A stretch of DNA of 64,000 bases, taken from contig CAIVDM010000191.1 in assembly GCA_903904735.1 (NCBI GenBank), positions 1 through 64,000 of the forward strand, written 5' to 3'. The notes beneath the pieces were generated by a model, which did no database searches, was not told the DNA's origin, and saw nothing but the letters and a program-made list of their open reading frames with translations. Below, piece after piece: positions 8,603 to 18,173 of the stretch (its first letter is position 1; every line of letters begins with the position of its first letter). Made by a program: the position numbers and the translations under genes. The DNA is from an uncultured delta proteobacterium. GTDB lineage: Bacteria > Bdellovibrionota_C > UBA2361 > OMII01.

Positions 8603-10102
8603 TTATTCGAGGTCGGTAGCTAAGGGTTCGGACCTATGCTCATTCGGCGGATTAAAGGCCATCAAAACCCGATGAGCCCCGATATCAGCTGAGACCGCGC
8701 TTCCGTTGGGGCTAATAGCTGAGAGATACAGATTCGACTCGAGTTCCTTCCGACCAATCTTGACCCCTCCAACATGGGCAATCCGACTCAGAAGTCGCCA
8801 GCGTGAGGCGATCTCCCGTAGAGAAGGCGAATCGTCAAGAAACCTTACGCCAAGAGTTGGCTGGGCGAAATTGAAGAGTTCCGAATTGTGAATAAGTATC
8901 ATGCCGTGTGGCTCAGCGGCTGAAAAGCACTCGAGCTTAAACGCGCCGAGGTGGTCGGAGAATAAGTCGATGGCGACGCTCGATGAGACTGGAAGACTCT
9001 CTCGGGGATGCGGAGAGAAAGGCGTTTTCTCCTCGTCGTCGGAGAGATCCTCTTCGACAAACTCATCCTCCTCTTCGTCATATGCGGACGGGAAATCCGC
9101 GTCATCGGGGAGATCTTGAGAACTATCGTCCGCCTCTTGCTCGGGCTCGGATATCACAAGCGAGCCCAGCTGGACCAGTCGCGTGAACTGAAGCGTTACC
9201 TCACTGGGAACGCGAGCGCTGCAGCGGTCCAGGAGTCGTGTCTGAAGATCCGCGTCACGTCCCCCGAAAGCGTCTATCGTCGGAAGTAAGCCACTCTCGA
9301 CAAGGAGCGCGCTAAGATCCGGAGAGATTCGATGGATAATCTCCGCTTGTTCTCCATATAAAGGCGCCGAGACCTGAATCGCTTTTGGGGTCCAGCGTGA
9401 AGATATGTCCGCGCTCTCCGCCTCCTGTAACGAGGATGAGAGGGGGGACGAGGCGGGCTCGGTACGAATAGAGACATCGCCGGTTAAAAGGCTCGTGCAG
9501 CAGCCGAAGCGATCCTGCTCGAAGAGCTCGGGCGGTGTGTTGCTAAATAGAGACGAGATTGAATCAATGCCAAGGAGAGCTCCCCAGTCGTTCGCGTTGT
9601 CCCATCTCTCATCTTCGTCCATCCACGCGTAAGCGATTTTGAAGTCCACTGAGCGGGGATTCGTCGTACCCAGAGAGAGCTCGAACACGCTTGGTTCCTC
9701 ATCCGTGCGTCGCTCGATAATAATTCGGTGAACGATCTCCTCTGCGGGGCCACGTCCGAGTCGAAAGTGCCGGATCTGTGAGATCGAATAGGGCGTCAGA
9801 TCGAAGTAGCTGTCGAGAAGCGTGTTGTGCGGAATTGTGGCGCCATCGAGGATCGTCTGTCGTAAGCACTCGGCTACGATGGGCGCGATCTCTGGTAGCG
9901 TCTCGGCGAGAAGAACCTCGAGAGTTGTCGCCGACACATTGTGAAAACAGAGCGAAAGGGGGAGATGCTGCTCAAGGCTTCGTGAGGGTGCGTTTTCTGG
10001 GTGTTGAAGATTGGGTGACTCGGTGTCGTTTCGTCGTGATTCACGAGCATCGTGGTGATGAGTCGGTTCTTTGGGCTTGTCAGGGGTTTGCTCGGGCTGC
10101 AT
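8603..10102 (-). CDS. Hypothetical protein, highly acidic (499 aa)
   Basis: Long ORF with coding-like composition. Acidic block 'DDSSQDLPDDADFPSAYDEEEDEFVEEDLSDDEEKTPF'. No recognisable catalytic motif. Confidence 0.45.
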   Translation of the reverse strand: MQPEQTPDKPKEPTHHHDARESRRNDTESPNLQHPENAPSRSLEQHLPLSLCFHNVSATTLEVLLAETLPEIAPIVAECLRQTILDGATIPHNTLLDSYFDLTPYSISQIRHFRLGRGPAEEIVHRIIIERRTDEEPSVFELSLGTTNPRSVDFKIAYAWMDEDERWDNANDWGALLGIDSISSLFSNTPPELFEQDRFGCCTSLLTGDVSIRTEPASSPLSSSLQEAESADISSRWTPKAIQVSAPLYGEQAEIIHRISPDLSALLVESGLLPTIDAFGGRDADLQTRLLDRCSARVPSEVTLQFTRLVQLGSLVISEPEQEADDSSQDLPDDADFPSAYDEEEDEFVEEDLSDDEEKTPFSPHPRESLPVSSSVAIDLFSDHLGAFKLECFSAAEPHGMILIHNSELFNFAQPTLGVRFLDDSPSLREIASRWRLLSRIAHVGGVKIGRKELESNLYLSAISPNGSAVSADIGAHRVLMAFNPPNEHRSEPLATDLE

Positions 10103-10305
10103 TGACTAGGGACCTCTTGGAGACGAAAGCGAGAAGATAACCCCAATTCGATTTTCGGTGTACAGAAATCTCATTGGGAGAGAGGTTTGTATCCTTCGCG
10201 GCGCGGGTGTTCTGATTCGGTAATTGGATACATCTGCGCAGCCTGCTTACACTCCCGATGCGTGTTCTCATTAGATCTCGTGGGTTTGAATCCGTGCGAA
10301 ACAGG

Positions 10306-10725
10306 GCGTGTGTGGAGCCACGCCCCCCCCCCCCCGGTCGTGATTCGCGTTCTTGTATGGGAGGGTCGGTGTCTCACCGACCGCAACCTGTTAGGAATTT
10401 GTCGGGGAGTCTGAAGTCCTCGACGTTCCGTAACGCGGCGTGTGCGGAGACCCGCCCTCCCGGTCGTGATTCGTGTTGTAGTACGGACGGTCGGTGTCTC
10501 ACCGACCGCGACCTGTTAGGGATTCGTTGATGAGGCTAACGTCTTCGACGTTGCGTGATGCGGCGTGTGCGGAGCCACGCCCCCCCCGATCGTGATTCGC
10601 GTTGTTGTATGGGAGGGTCGGTGTCGAAGATTTCTCGATGATTCGTAACGCGGCGTGTGCGGAGCCACGCCCTCCCGATCGTTATGCGCGGATGCACTTG
10701 AGGGAGGGCAGGGCTCCGCACCTGC
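10306..10725. repeat. Intergenic tandem repeat array, about 3.5 units of ~125-132 bp, each with internal hairpins
   Basis: 'gcggcgtgtgcggag(c/a)c(a)cgccc' recurs at about 10306, 10438, 10563 and 10653. '(c)ggtcgtgattcg(c/t)gtt' recurs in three copies; a fourth is degenerate ('cgatcgttatgcg'). The perfect hairpin 'ggtcggtgtctcaccgacc' occurs twice; copy 3 keeps only 'ggtcggtgtcg' and copy 4 lacks it. The terminal unit forms a long stem, 'cggagccacgccctccc ... gggagggcagggctccg'. Confidence 0.8.
10323..10335. repeat. Homopolymeric poly-C tract (13 nt) within the repeat array
   Basis: 'cgccccccccccccc ggtcg'. A shorter C7 tract sits at the equivalent position of copy 3 (about 10581-10587). Confidence 0.9.
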
Positions 10726-10775
10726 CTTGTTACGGGCGGTAAAGATATTTACCTATCGGCCATGATCGAAAAAAA

Positions 10776-11810
10776 TTATGCCGCTAACATTCTCTCAAGA
10801 GCGACGCGGGCTCGTACCGAGATATCCTCGGGAACCTCGATCTGCTGCTCGTTGTTTCGCAGGGCGTTCAGGGTGTCTTCGAGTGTTATCTCGTTCATGT
10901 GAGGGCAGCGGATGCTGCAGAGGCGCAGAACGTCCTTATTCGGATTCTCAGCTATGATGTTGTCGGCCATGCTGCATTCGGTGAGCAAGAGAAAATGCGG
11001 AGCTTGTGAGTCTCTCACGAACTCAACCATTCGAGAGGTGCTCTGAGAGTAATCGGAGGCCTCTACGACATCGGGTGGACACTCAGGATGCGCTAAGACA
11101 GCGACGCCAGGAAATTGCGATCGAATGTTCGTGATGTCCTCGACGGTGAACCGCTCGTGCACCTCGCACGCGCCGCGCCATCCGATCATGACGTTGCCAC
11201 TTGGCTGCGGATCCTGTGGGGTTGGGAATAGGATCTGCTTGCCAGTCTCCTTGGCGACGTTCGCCGCTAAAAATTGATCGGGCAGGAATATCACGCGGTC
11301 GGAGTTAAGCGACTGAACGACACGAACCGCGTTGCCCGAGGTGCAGATAATATCTGACTCAGCCTTCACGTCCGCGTAGGTGTTAATGTACGAGACGACA
11401 GGAACCCCGGGATAGCGAGCCTTGAGGGCTCGCACATCAGCTGCCGTGATGCTTGACGCGAGCGAGCATCCAGCTACCTTCGCCGGCAAGAGCACTGTCT
11501 TGGATGGATTAAGAATCTTGGCGGTTTCCGCCATGAATCGTACACCACAGAAGATAATAGGATCACAAGTGGTCTGCGCCGCCTTTCGGGAGAGCTCAAG
11601 CGAGTCCCCGACGATATCGGGCACGGTGTGGAAGAGCGCGGGCTCCATATAGTTGTGCCCGAGGATAAGCGCCCCACGCTCTTTCTTGAGGCGATTTATC
11701 TCGTACACGAGCTCGGCCTTAATTCGAAGCTCCACTTCCGGCACGACCTTGGAGAGCTTGGCCTGCATTTTAGTGAATGTTTCTTGAACTGTAGAGCCTT
11801 CGATTCCCAT
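10776..11810 (-). CDS. nadA: Quinolinate synthase
   Basis: 'ILGHNYMEP', 'VPDIVGDSLELS', and three-repeat NadA architecture with Cys residues; 344 aa. Confidence 0.9.
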   Translation of the reverse strand: MGIEGSTVQETFTKMQAKLSKVVPEVELRIKAELVYEINRLKKERGALILGHNYMEPALFHTVPDIVGDSLELSRKAAQTTCDPIIFCGVRFMAETAKILNPSKTVLLPAKVAGCSLASSITAADVRALKARYPGVPVVSYINTYADVKAESDIICTSGNAVRVVQSLNSDRVIFLPDQFLAANVAKETGKQILFPTPQDPQPSGNVMIGWRGACEVHERFTVEDITNIRSQFPGVAVLAHPECPPDVVEASDYSQSTSRMVEFVRDSQAPHFLLLTECSMADNIIAENPNKDVLRLCSIRCPHMNEITLEDTLNALRNNEQQIEVPEDISVRARVALERMLAA

Positions 11811-11923
11811 GGCGATATGGTATGCCTGTTGCTGGTACTAAGTAAACCCGCGAGAGCGCCTCCCGCGGTCGCGTGGTGTCTCTCAAAGGCATTATGCGCG
11901 AGGCTTGACCGAGCTTTCTATCT

Positions 11924-13738
11924 TCACTTTTGCTCCCAGGCACTTACGATAGCTCGTAAACGCTCATGAAAGGTGGAGATAGGAGTTGGCTCCCCTCGAC
12001 CGTAGCGCTCCATCTCAAGGTCATCAATCAGAGCAAGAAGGCTCACCACGTGGGCTTTCTCGGCGTTGGAAGCATTTACCACAGCGCGCAACTCATCGAG
12101 TGACGATTTCTGGCTAAGAGAAGGAAAACGAGGGGCTAGCCATGTACGCAAAAAGGCTTCTATTCCGGCAAGATCTCTCAGGGTGGCGATGTGGTTAAGG
12201 GAGCCTTTCGCCCGGTCGGCGCGTCGAACCCGACTGAGAAATAGGGCAGCGAGACCGACGAACGCGACCACCGCAGAAAGAATCAGCAGCGATAACTGAA
12301 CGCTTACTCGTTCAGTGATGCTCTCAACGAAAGACTTCTCACGATATGATAGATGGGGAGCAACCGGAATCGGAGGAAGAGTTGGGATGAGGTTCTGAGT
12401 GGTTGATGGGCCGTTCTGCGAGGCGGCAGGTTGGGACTGATCGGCGGTAGGCCGTGTCGAGTTCAGAGCGGATCCTGACACGAGAATAGTTAAGTCTGAG
12501 GTGGTGGCAAGCCGATGCTCACCCGTGTGAGGATCAAAATAAGCTATACTCACGCCAGGTATGCGCGAGGTTCCCGGCTGCAGAGCGACAAGCGAGTATT
12601 TGAATGTTCTCTCGGATAGAAGCCTGCCATTACTTATGCGATGCGTGGTCTGGGGCTGCGCATCATAGAGCTTCATCCCTGATGGCGCCGTGAGGGGGAG
12701 CGTCTTTATTGGATTGACGTTGCCCTCGGTGCGGAGAGTGACTGAGATCGCCTTGGTGTCGCCGGTCTTCATAACAGCCGCGGAGGCGTCCATTACAATT
12801 GAGGTGTCCCCAACAAGCGCGACTCCACTCGAGAATTTAGCGAGCTCGGTTGGAAGCGGAGGTAGGGGCTTCACTTTGATCGGGACGCTATTTGAACTTA
12901 AGGAAATATCCTTAATGACAGGCTGCTGGAATATGGAGTCGAAAAACCCGTCACTGAAAGGGTCCAAGATGCTGCCGGGATTAATGCGCCGCATCGTGAC
13001 CGCCTTCGCTGTTCCCTTGCGCGGCGAGATGGTTAGATCTCCGGCTCGTAGCGGAAAGAGGGCGCGAGAAAGCTCTAGCGCCGCGTAGTCCTTACCGCGA
13101 ATGGTCTTCTGACTCGAATTGTTGTCTGCGATTACTTCCTGCCAGAATCCATCGGCGACCTCATCGTCCACGGTCACGCCTTGCAGATTAATGCGGGAAT
13201 AGACGCCAATGACGTTCACTATCTGTTGACCGAGGTAGACCTCCTTGGGGGCCGCGGATTGGGAGAGAAATAGCTCGTCTCCCGCCGTAGGCGCTGAAGG
13301 GACATGGGTTCCTCCGCCTCGAGATCCGCCTTGGCCACTGATGGTGACCGCGATTGAAGGGGCTGAAAGGGTTCCTTGTGCGGTGACCGCCTGCACCTCC
13401 GGCGTCTTGAGGGCTCCTTCCCGTTTCGGGGTTAGTTGGTACACAAAGCTCTGCTGTGACCGAAGTGCGCCGTTGATTATCGTCACTGAAGTTTTTGGTC
13501 CAAGCAGTTGTACTTCGAAGTCCGCGTTGGTTTGCAGGAGAGGGGTTACTCGCTGTTCGCCACCTTCATACGTGACGGTGAAGATGAAGAGGTCGTCGAG
13601 TGCGCCCGACGTCGGAGTAATCTCGGAGCGAAGTGTCTGCGAGGATTGCGCATAGACCTTCGAGACCGCGCATGGAACTGCGGTTACCGTGAGTATCGAC
13701 AACAAAAAGAAGATTGCACGCACTACGAGACCCTTCAT
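11924..13738 (-). CDS. batD: BatD-like oxygen-tolerance protein (signal peptide, large periplasmic domain, C-terminal TM anchor)
   Basis: It is the last gene of the Bat operon. Signal peptide 'MKGLVVRAIFFLLSILTVTAVPCAVSKVYAQ'. C-terminal TM 'LSLLILSAVVAFVGLAALFL'. The ORF in the track extends to 13843; the start was chosen at the signal-peptide Met. Confidence 0.65.
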   Translation of the reverse strand: MKGLVVRAIFFLLSILTVTAVPCAVSKVYAQSSQTLRSEITPTSGALDDLFIFTVTYEGGEQRVTPLLQTNADFEVQLLGPKTSVTIINGALRSQQSFVYQLTPKREGALKTPEVQAVTAQGTLSAPSIAVTISGQGGSRGGGTHVPSAPTAGDELFLSQSAAPKEVYLGQQIVNVIGVYSRINLQGVTVDDEVADGFWQEVIADNNSSQKTIRGKDYAALELSRALFPLRAGDLTISPRKGTAKAVTMRRINPGSILDPFSDGFFDSIFQQPVIKDISLSSNSVPIKVKPLPPLPTELAKFSSGVALVGDTSIVMDASAAVMKTGDTKAISVTLRTEGNVNPIKTLPLTAPSGMKLYDAQPQTTHRISNGRLLSERTFKYSLVALQPGTSRIPGVSIAYFDPHTGEHRLATTSDLTILVSGSALNSTRPTADQSQPAASQNGPSTTQNLIPTLPPIPVAPHLSYREKSFVESITERVSVQLSLLILSAVVAFVGLAALFLSRVRRADRAKGSLNHIATLRDLAGIEAFLRTWLAPRFPSLSQKSSLDELRAVVNASNAEKAHVVSLLALIDDLEMERYGRGEPTPISTFHERLRAIVSAWEQK

Positions 13739-13836
13739 GGCACTCACGAGAGTACCTCGAGAAGCCTTCAGTGAGAAGTACGCATGATCGTTCACTGTTA
13801 AACCTTCATGCCATGCGGAGTGGGGTGAAAAATGCT

Positions 13837-15780
13837 CTACCATGTTTGACCGCTCCGATCTGACGAGCCTCGATGCCGACGGATGAGAAGTGGTGAGTCG
13901 GGTAGCGATTCAAGCCAGGCGCTCGCCTCAGTTGATGTCTCCACACTTGGAGTCGGGCTCTGACTAATTGGGGCGTTCGCTGAATCGCTCGGGGCTGGGC
14001 TTTCTATCGATTCCTTGAGGCGCTCTGCGGGAGTAGGGGCTGCGTCTCCGGGAGTGCCCGGCACCTGGGTGACGGGTGGTGTGCGCTCGGCGTCAGGAGT
14101 AGCTGATTCTCCCTCCTCGGGGAGTTGAGAGGGATTTGGAGATGGAGTCCCCGATTCCCCCTTACTCGTTGATTGTGGTTGAGGACTCTCCGCAGGGGGT
14201 TGACCAGGTGTGGCGTCCGAGGATGGACTTTCGCTAGCGGCCGGTGTGGGTGCGGGGCTCTCTTGATCTTGTGGCGTGGGAGATGGCGCTGCTTCCGGCG
14301 ACTGTTGTGGGTCTGGATTATTAGTCGCTGTTGATGTTGGGGTGTTGGTCGGGGTAGGCGTCTTAGGATTGTTCCGTTCCTCATCCAAAAGCGCGCGAGC
14401 GACAGAGAGATTGTGTTGAGCCGACTGGTCCTCTGGTTTTACGTCAAGCGCCTTGCGGTAACCGTCTATCGCGTCCTGCAGGCGCCCCATGGCGAGCAGC
14501 GCGTTGGCCTCGTTGTAGGTACTCTCAAAATACGCGCGCCCATCGTGAGTATTCCCAGCAAGCTCATGAAAGAGCTTCTGACTCTCGGCGAACTTTCCAG
14601 CCTTAAACAGTGCACTCGCCAATCCGAATTGTAAGCTTCTATCGTTTGGTGAGCGCTTAAGATCTCGCATGAAGGCCTCGCTCGCTTCTTGATACGCGCC
14701 ATGTTCGTAGAGCGTAAACGGTGACGCGTTCGGCGAAGGTGTTGCGTGCGCCGATAGCAGAGGCAAAAGGAGAATTAATGGTACGCCGAGGAGCGCCGTT
14801 CTGCGATTAACTAGTAGCGGCGCCAGGAGCATGAGTAGCGCCGCGAACGCAAGCCATGAGCCGAACTCCCTGTAGGAGCGAATCGTGGAGTGCGATCCTC
14901 TCGATGAGTGTCCAAGTTGGATAGAGGGGCTTGTAAGCGCCTCGACATCAGTGTCGTCTACGGTGGCGGTTTGGTATATGCCGCCGGTCGCGTTCGCGAG
15001 TGTTTTGAGGGCTTCTTCATCGAGTTTACTCACGACGGTTCGCCGCGACTCATCGGTCACCAGGGATCCGTTTGGAAGAGTAATCGGTGAGCCTGTAGGT
15101 GTACCGACTCCAAGGATGTCGAGTCGAACACGGCGATCGGTCAGCTCGGCGAGCGCTTTCGACATATCGCTGTCACTGTGCTCTCCGTCGGTAAAAAGAA
15201 TCACTCTGGGGTAGCCCGGGTGCTGGCGATCGAAGCGAGAGACCGCGAGAGCTATTCCCGCGCCGAGGTTGCTTCCGAGCCCAGTGACGAGTTCTGGAGA
15301 GATAACATCGATAAATTGCTTTATCACCCCCTGATCAGAGGTGATTGGGCATACCGTGTAGGCGTCCCCAGCGAATACGGTAATACCAAAACGGTGTGTT
15401 TCGCCTCGCTTCGAAAATTGGTCGATAATATCCTTGAGCTTGCGCTTGACGAGCTCGATTCGATTGGGTGGTACGTCATCGGCGTACATACTACGACTGA
15501 CATCCACCAGAAGCACCACCTCTAAGCCATGAGTCTCGACCTTCAGATCCTCGAATCCCCAATACGGTCTTACTATGGCTATCGCGACAAGAGCGGTGGC
15601 GAACCAAACCGCCATGATCGGCAGAATTTGTCTTGAGGGATTGGTTGCTCCAAGAGTCGCCCTAGCGCGCGCGCTCGTTTGGGAGGCTCGAATAGTCAGG
15701 AGGATGACACCAGCGATCGCGAAAAGTGACATGAGGGCGAGTGGATATCTGATTCCAGGGAGTTCTTGAAAGATGCTCAT
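13837..15780 (-). CDS. BatB/BatC-like fusion: TM + von Willebrand factor A domain + TPR repeats + long Pro/Ser/Thr-rich disordered tail
   Basis: VWA MIDAS 'VLLVDVSRSMYADDV...ITVFAGDAYTVCPITSD...ILFTDGEHSD'. TPR 'YQEASEAFMRDLKRSPNDRSLQFGLASALFKAGKFAESQKLF...RLQDAIDGYRKALDVKPED'. The ~170-aa C-terminus is rich in P/S/T/E. The start was taken at the Met whose ATG overlaps the batA stop (ATGA at 15777-15780). Confidence 0.75.
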   Translation of the reverse strand: MSIFQELPGIRYPLALMSLFAIAGVILLTIRASQTSARARATLGATNPSRQILPIMAVWFATALVAIAIVRPYWGFEDLKVETHGLEVVLLVDVSRSMYADDVPPNRIELVKRKLKDIIDQFSKRGETHRFGITVFAGDAYTVCPITSDQGVIKQFIDVISPELVTGLGSNLGAGIALAVSRFDRQHPGYPRVILFTDGEHSDSDMSKALAELTDRRVRLDILGVGTPTGSPITLPNGSLVTDESRRTVVSKLDEEALKTLANATGGIYQTATVDDTDVEALTSPSIQLGHSSRGSHSTIRSYREFGSWLAFAALLMLLAPLLVNRRTALLGVPLILLLPLLSAHATPSPNASPFTLYEHGAYQEASEAFMRDLKRSPNDRSLQFGLASALFKAGKFAESQKLFHELAGNTHDGRAYFESTYNEANALLAMGRLQDAIDGYRKALDVKPEDQSAQHNLSVARALLDEERNNPKTPTPTNTPTSTATNNPDPQQSPEAAPSPTPQDQESPAPTPAASESPSSDATPGQPPAESPQPQSTSKGESGTPSPNPSQLPEEGESATPDAERTPPVTQVPGTPGDAAPTPAERLKESIESPAPSDSANAPISQSPTPSVETSTEASAWLESLPDSPLLIRRHRGSSDRSGQTW

Positions 15781-16766
15781 GGCACCCTCCTGAAATACGA
15801 AGCTCTGAGCGATAACGAGAGTATGAGCGAGATGAGCGCGATGATGGCGCAAGGAGCGAAAAGCTCCTCGACTATCGGTTTTTGCGGTTGCTGCTCCTCG
15901 GTCTCCGAGAGCTTGTCGATCTGTCGATAAACCTCCTTGAACCCGTCGAGTGACGTGGCGTTGAAGTACACGCCACCGGTGAGGTTTGCCATCTCTTTGA
16001 GGGTCGTCTCGTCGAAATCCGCCATTTGAGAGGGCGCGCCAAGAAACCCCCCGAACCCTGGCTGTCCGATCATCGCTTTGCCAGTGCCGATACCGATAGT
16101 GTGAACTTGCACGCCGACGTCTTTAGCGATCATCGCCGCCTTAAGTGGGCTCACCTGGCCAGCGGTGTTTACACCATCAGTCATAAGAATGATCGCTCGA
16201 GAGGAATCCTTAACGTCCTTGAGGCGTTTAAGCGCCAGACCGAGCCCATCTCCGATAGCGGTTCCGTCGCCGGCCATGCCGGGCTGTAGGCTGCTGACGA
16301 GACCCTCGACAAGCTGTGTATCAGTAGTGATTGGGCTTTGAAGATAAGCGGTATTTCCAAAGACAATGAGCCCCACTCGATCGTTGTGTCGAGTTCGCAC
16401 ATATTCAGCCACGACCGTTTTCACGCCTTCCATGCGGGATGTCTTTCCGAAACTTGTTGGAAAGTCCTCGGCCGCCATGCTTCGAGATACGTCGACGACG
16501 AGCATGATGTTCCGACCAAGGTTTGGCTGATCAATAATAGTCAATTTTTGAGGTCTCGCCGCGGCAAGTGTCAGGGCAGCGATTGTGATGGCCTCGAGCG
16601 CTGAAAGAACTGGCGCACGTAGACGCACGCGCGCAGAGGAGGGAAGTCTCGCGAAAAAAGCGGCGTTTCCACACGGCACGCTCTCTACTACGCGTCTCTT
16701 CGGTATCAACCGAAGCAGGCAGTAGATCAGACCAAAAGCAAAAGCGAAGGGCGCGGAGAAGGTCAT
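15777..16766 (-). CDS. batA: BatA-like VWA-domain membrane protein
   Basis: N-terminal TMs. VWA 'IMLVVDVSRSMAAEDF...DRVGLIVFGNTAYLQSPITTD...IILMTDGVNT'. Confidence 0.8.
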   Translation of the reverse strand: MTFSAPFAFAFGLIYCLLRLIPKRRVVESVPCGNAAFFARLPSSARVRLRAPVLSALEAITIAALTLAAARPQKLTIIDQPNLGRNIMLVVDVSRSMAAEDFPTSFGKTSRMEGVKTVVAEYVRTRHNDRVGLIVFGNTAYLQSPITTDTQLVEGLVSSLQPGMAGDGTAIGDGLGLALKRLKDVKDSSRAIILMTDGVNTAGQVSPLKAAMIAKDVGVQVHTIGIGTGKAMIGQPGFGGFLGAPSQMADFDETTLKEMANLTGGVYFNATSLDGFKEVYRQIDKLSETEEQQPQKPIVEELFAPCAIIALISLILSLSLRASYFRRVP

Positions 16767-17260
16767 GAAGGTCTGTACCTCCGCGTATGCGCGGTTATTG
16801 CCGCCGTTAGCTGGTTGACGTCGGTGTGTAAAGCGCTCTGCGGAGAAGTCTCTTTGGGGGCGTACTCTTGGTCCTCTATAGTGGCCAGGAGGTCAACGAT
16901 ATGCGCCGCGGAGCGTGATCGGTCGTCGCACTTTCGAAGAGCCTCGGCGACCATACGTGTCTCGGGGGATGTGAGACCAGTGAGATCCTGAGGGATATAA
17001 AACGCGATAAGCCTCTTGGCGAGACGGCAGACGCGCTCTAAACGCACGGGATCCTGAGTGGCCGCGTGAGTAAGTTCTGACTCAAGACCTCGAACGATCT
17101 GCTCGACTGCCGGGGTGCGACGCCTGCGCCCGATTCGACGGATCAACCAGCTTGAAAGTAATAGCGCGCACATAAGCGCAATCCACGAATAGGTTGTTGG
17201 TACCCATGGACCGGGTGGAGGAGGGATGATGTCGAATGGGGTGGGAATAGCCGTTTTCAT
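16763..17260 (-). CDS. Small membrane protein of the Bat operon (DUF4381-like)
   Basis: It sits between the DUF58 and batA genes. Single TM 'WIALMCALLLSSWLI'. 4-nt overlap with batA. Confidence 0.5.
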   Translation of the reverse strand: MKTAIPTPFDIIPPPPGPWVPTTYSWIALMCALLLSSWLIRRIGRRRRTPAVEQIVRGLESELTHAATQDPVRLERVCRLAKRLIAFYIPQDLTGLTSPETRMVAEALRKCDDRSRSAAHIVDLLATIEDQEYAPKETSPQSALHTDVNQLTAAITAHTRRYRPS

Positions 17261-17273
17261 CCGAGTCCTGTGC

Positions 17274-18149
17274 CTAACGAGCCGCTCTGTTCACGCGCTC
17301 TCTCATGAGCTGTACGAGTGGCGGAGCGGCCCTTTCGTGTATAACGATGTGAGCGGCGCCAGCTCGCTCGGCTGTTTCGCGGAGAGTTTCTCTCTCACGT
17401 AGTAGCGCCTTCTTCCACGCCTCCCGCACGAGTGAGTTCCCTGTATCGACGGCGATGAGCTGTCCAGTCTCGGCATCGCGAAACGTGACGACTCCGGCGT
17501 TAGGTATTGAATGCTCCGATTGCTGTAGTTGAGCGAGTACCACGTCATGACGCGCGGCGAGGACTCCCAGTCGTTCAGAAAACTCAGCGCACGCGAAATC
17601 AGAGATGACAAATATGATACTCGGCTTTCGCACCGTTAGCGCCAGGTGCTCAAGCGCCAGGTCCATGCTTGTACCGCCGGATTGTGGAACTTCGCTCATG
17701 AGTGACGAGAGGACGCGACTGAAACGCCGCGCGCCGGCTTTAGCCGGAAGAAATGAGAGCGGTGTGTCGGCGAAGGTAAGTAGCCCCAGCAAGTCGTTGC
17801 CGCGTTGCGATAGCGCCCCAATCAAGGAGCAAAACTCGACTGCTTTCTGAAAGGGCTGAAAGCCCACCGACGTTCGCATAGAGGCGCTGACATCGACCGC
17901 CAGAAAAATTCTTAGTTGCCGGTCCTCTTCATATGATTTGACGAAAGCAGTTCCGGTTCGCGCCGTCGCCTTCCAATGGATGTGCTTGACATCGTCGCCC
18001 GGTTGATACTCTCGTAGCTCGGAATAGATCAGGCCGGTGCCTCGAAACGCGGACCGGTACTGCCCAAGCAAGTCGCCGGTGATGAGCCTGTTAGTTCGAA
18101 GCTGTATTCGTCGTATTTCGTTGTTTGAGGTTGTCGGGTTCGTGATCAT
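17274..18149 (-). CDS. DUF58-domain protein (MoxR partner, VWA-like)
   Basis: 'YSELREYQPGDDVKHIHWKATARTG' is the signature of DUF58 proteins encoded next to MoxR ATPases. Confidence 0.8.
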   Translation of the reverse strand: MITNPTTSNNEIRRIQLRTNRLITGDLLGQYRSAFRGTGLIYSELREYQPGDDVKHIHWKATARTGTAFVKSYEEDRQLRIFLAVDVSASMRTSVGFQPFQKAVEFCSLIGALSQRGNDLLGLLTFADTPLSFLPAKAGARRFSRVLSSLMSEVPQSGGTSMDLALEHLALTVRKPSIIFVISDFACAEFSERLGVLAARHDVVLAQLQQSEHSIPNAGVVTFRDAETGQLIAVDTGNSLVREAWKKALLRERETLRETAERAGAAHIVIHERAAPPLVQLMRERVNRAAR

Positions 18150-18173
18150 GCACCTGGTCGTCGGGGTACTAGC

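Noticed and set aside
10282-10293. 'gggtttgaatcc' tRNA T-arm-like motif
   Set aside because: Position 56 of the putative T-loop would be T, not C. Flanks cannot form T or acceptor stems on either strand.
10306-10725. CRISPR array
   Set aside because: The repeated ~23-bp cores are separated by about 100-bp segments that are themselves homologous between units. This is a tandem duplication structure, not unique spacers. There are no cas genes in the window.
12066-13774. Plus-strand ORFs of 77-136 aa inside batD
   Set aside because: Antisense shadow ORFs within the Bat operon coding strand.
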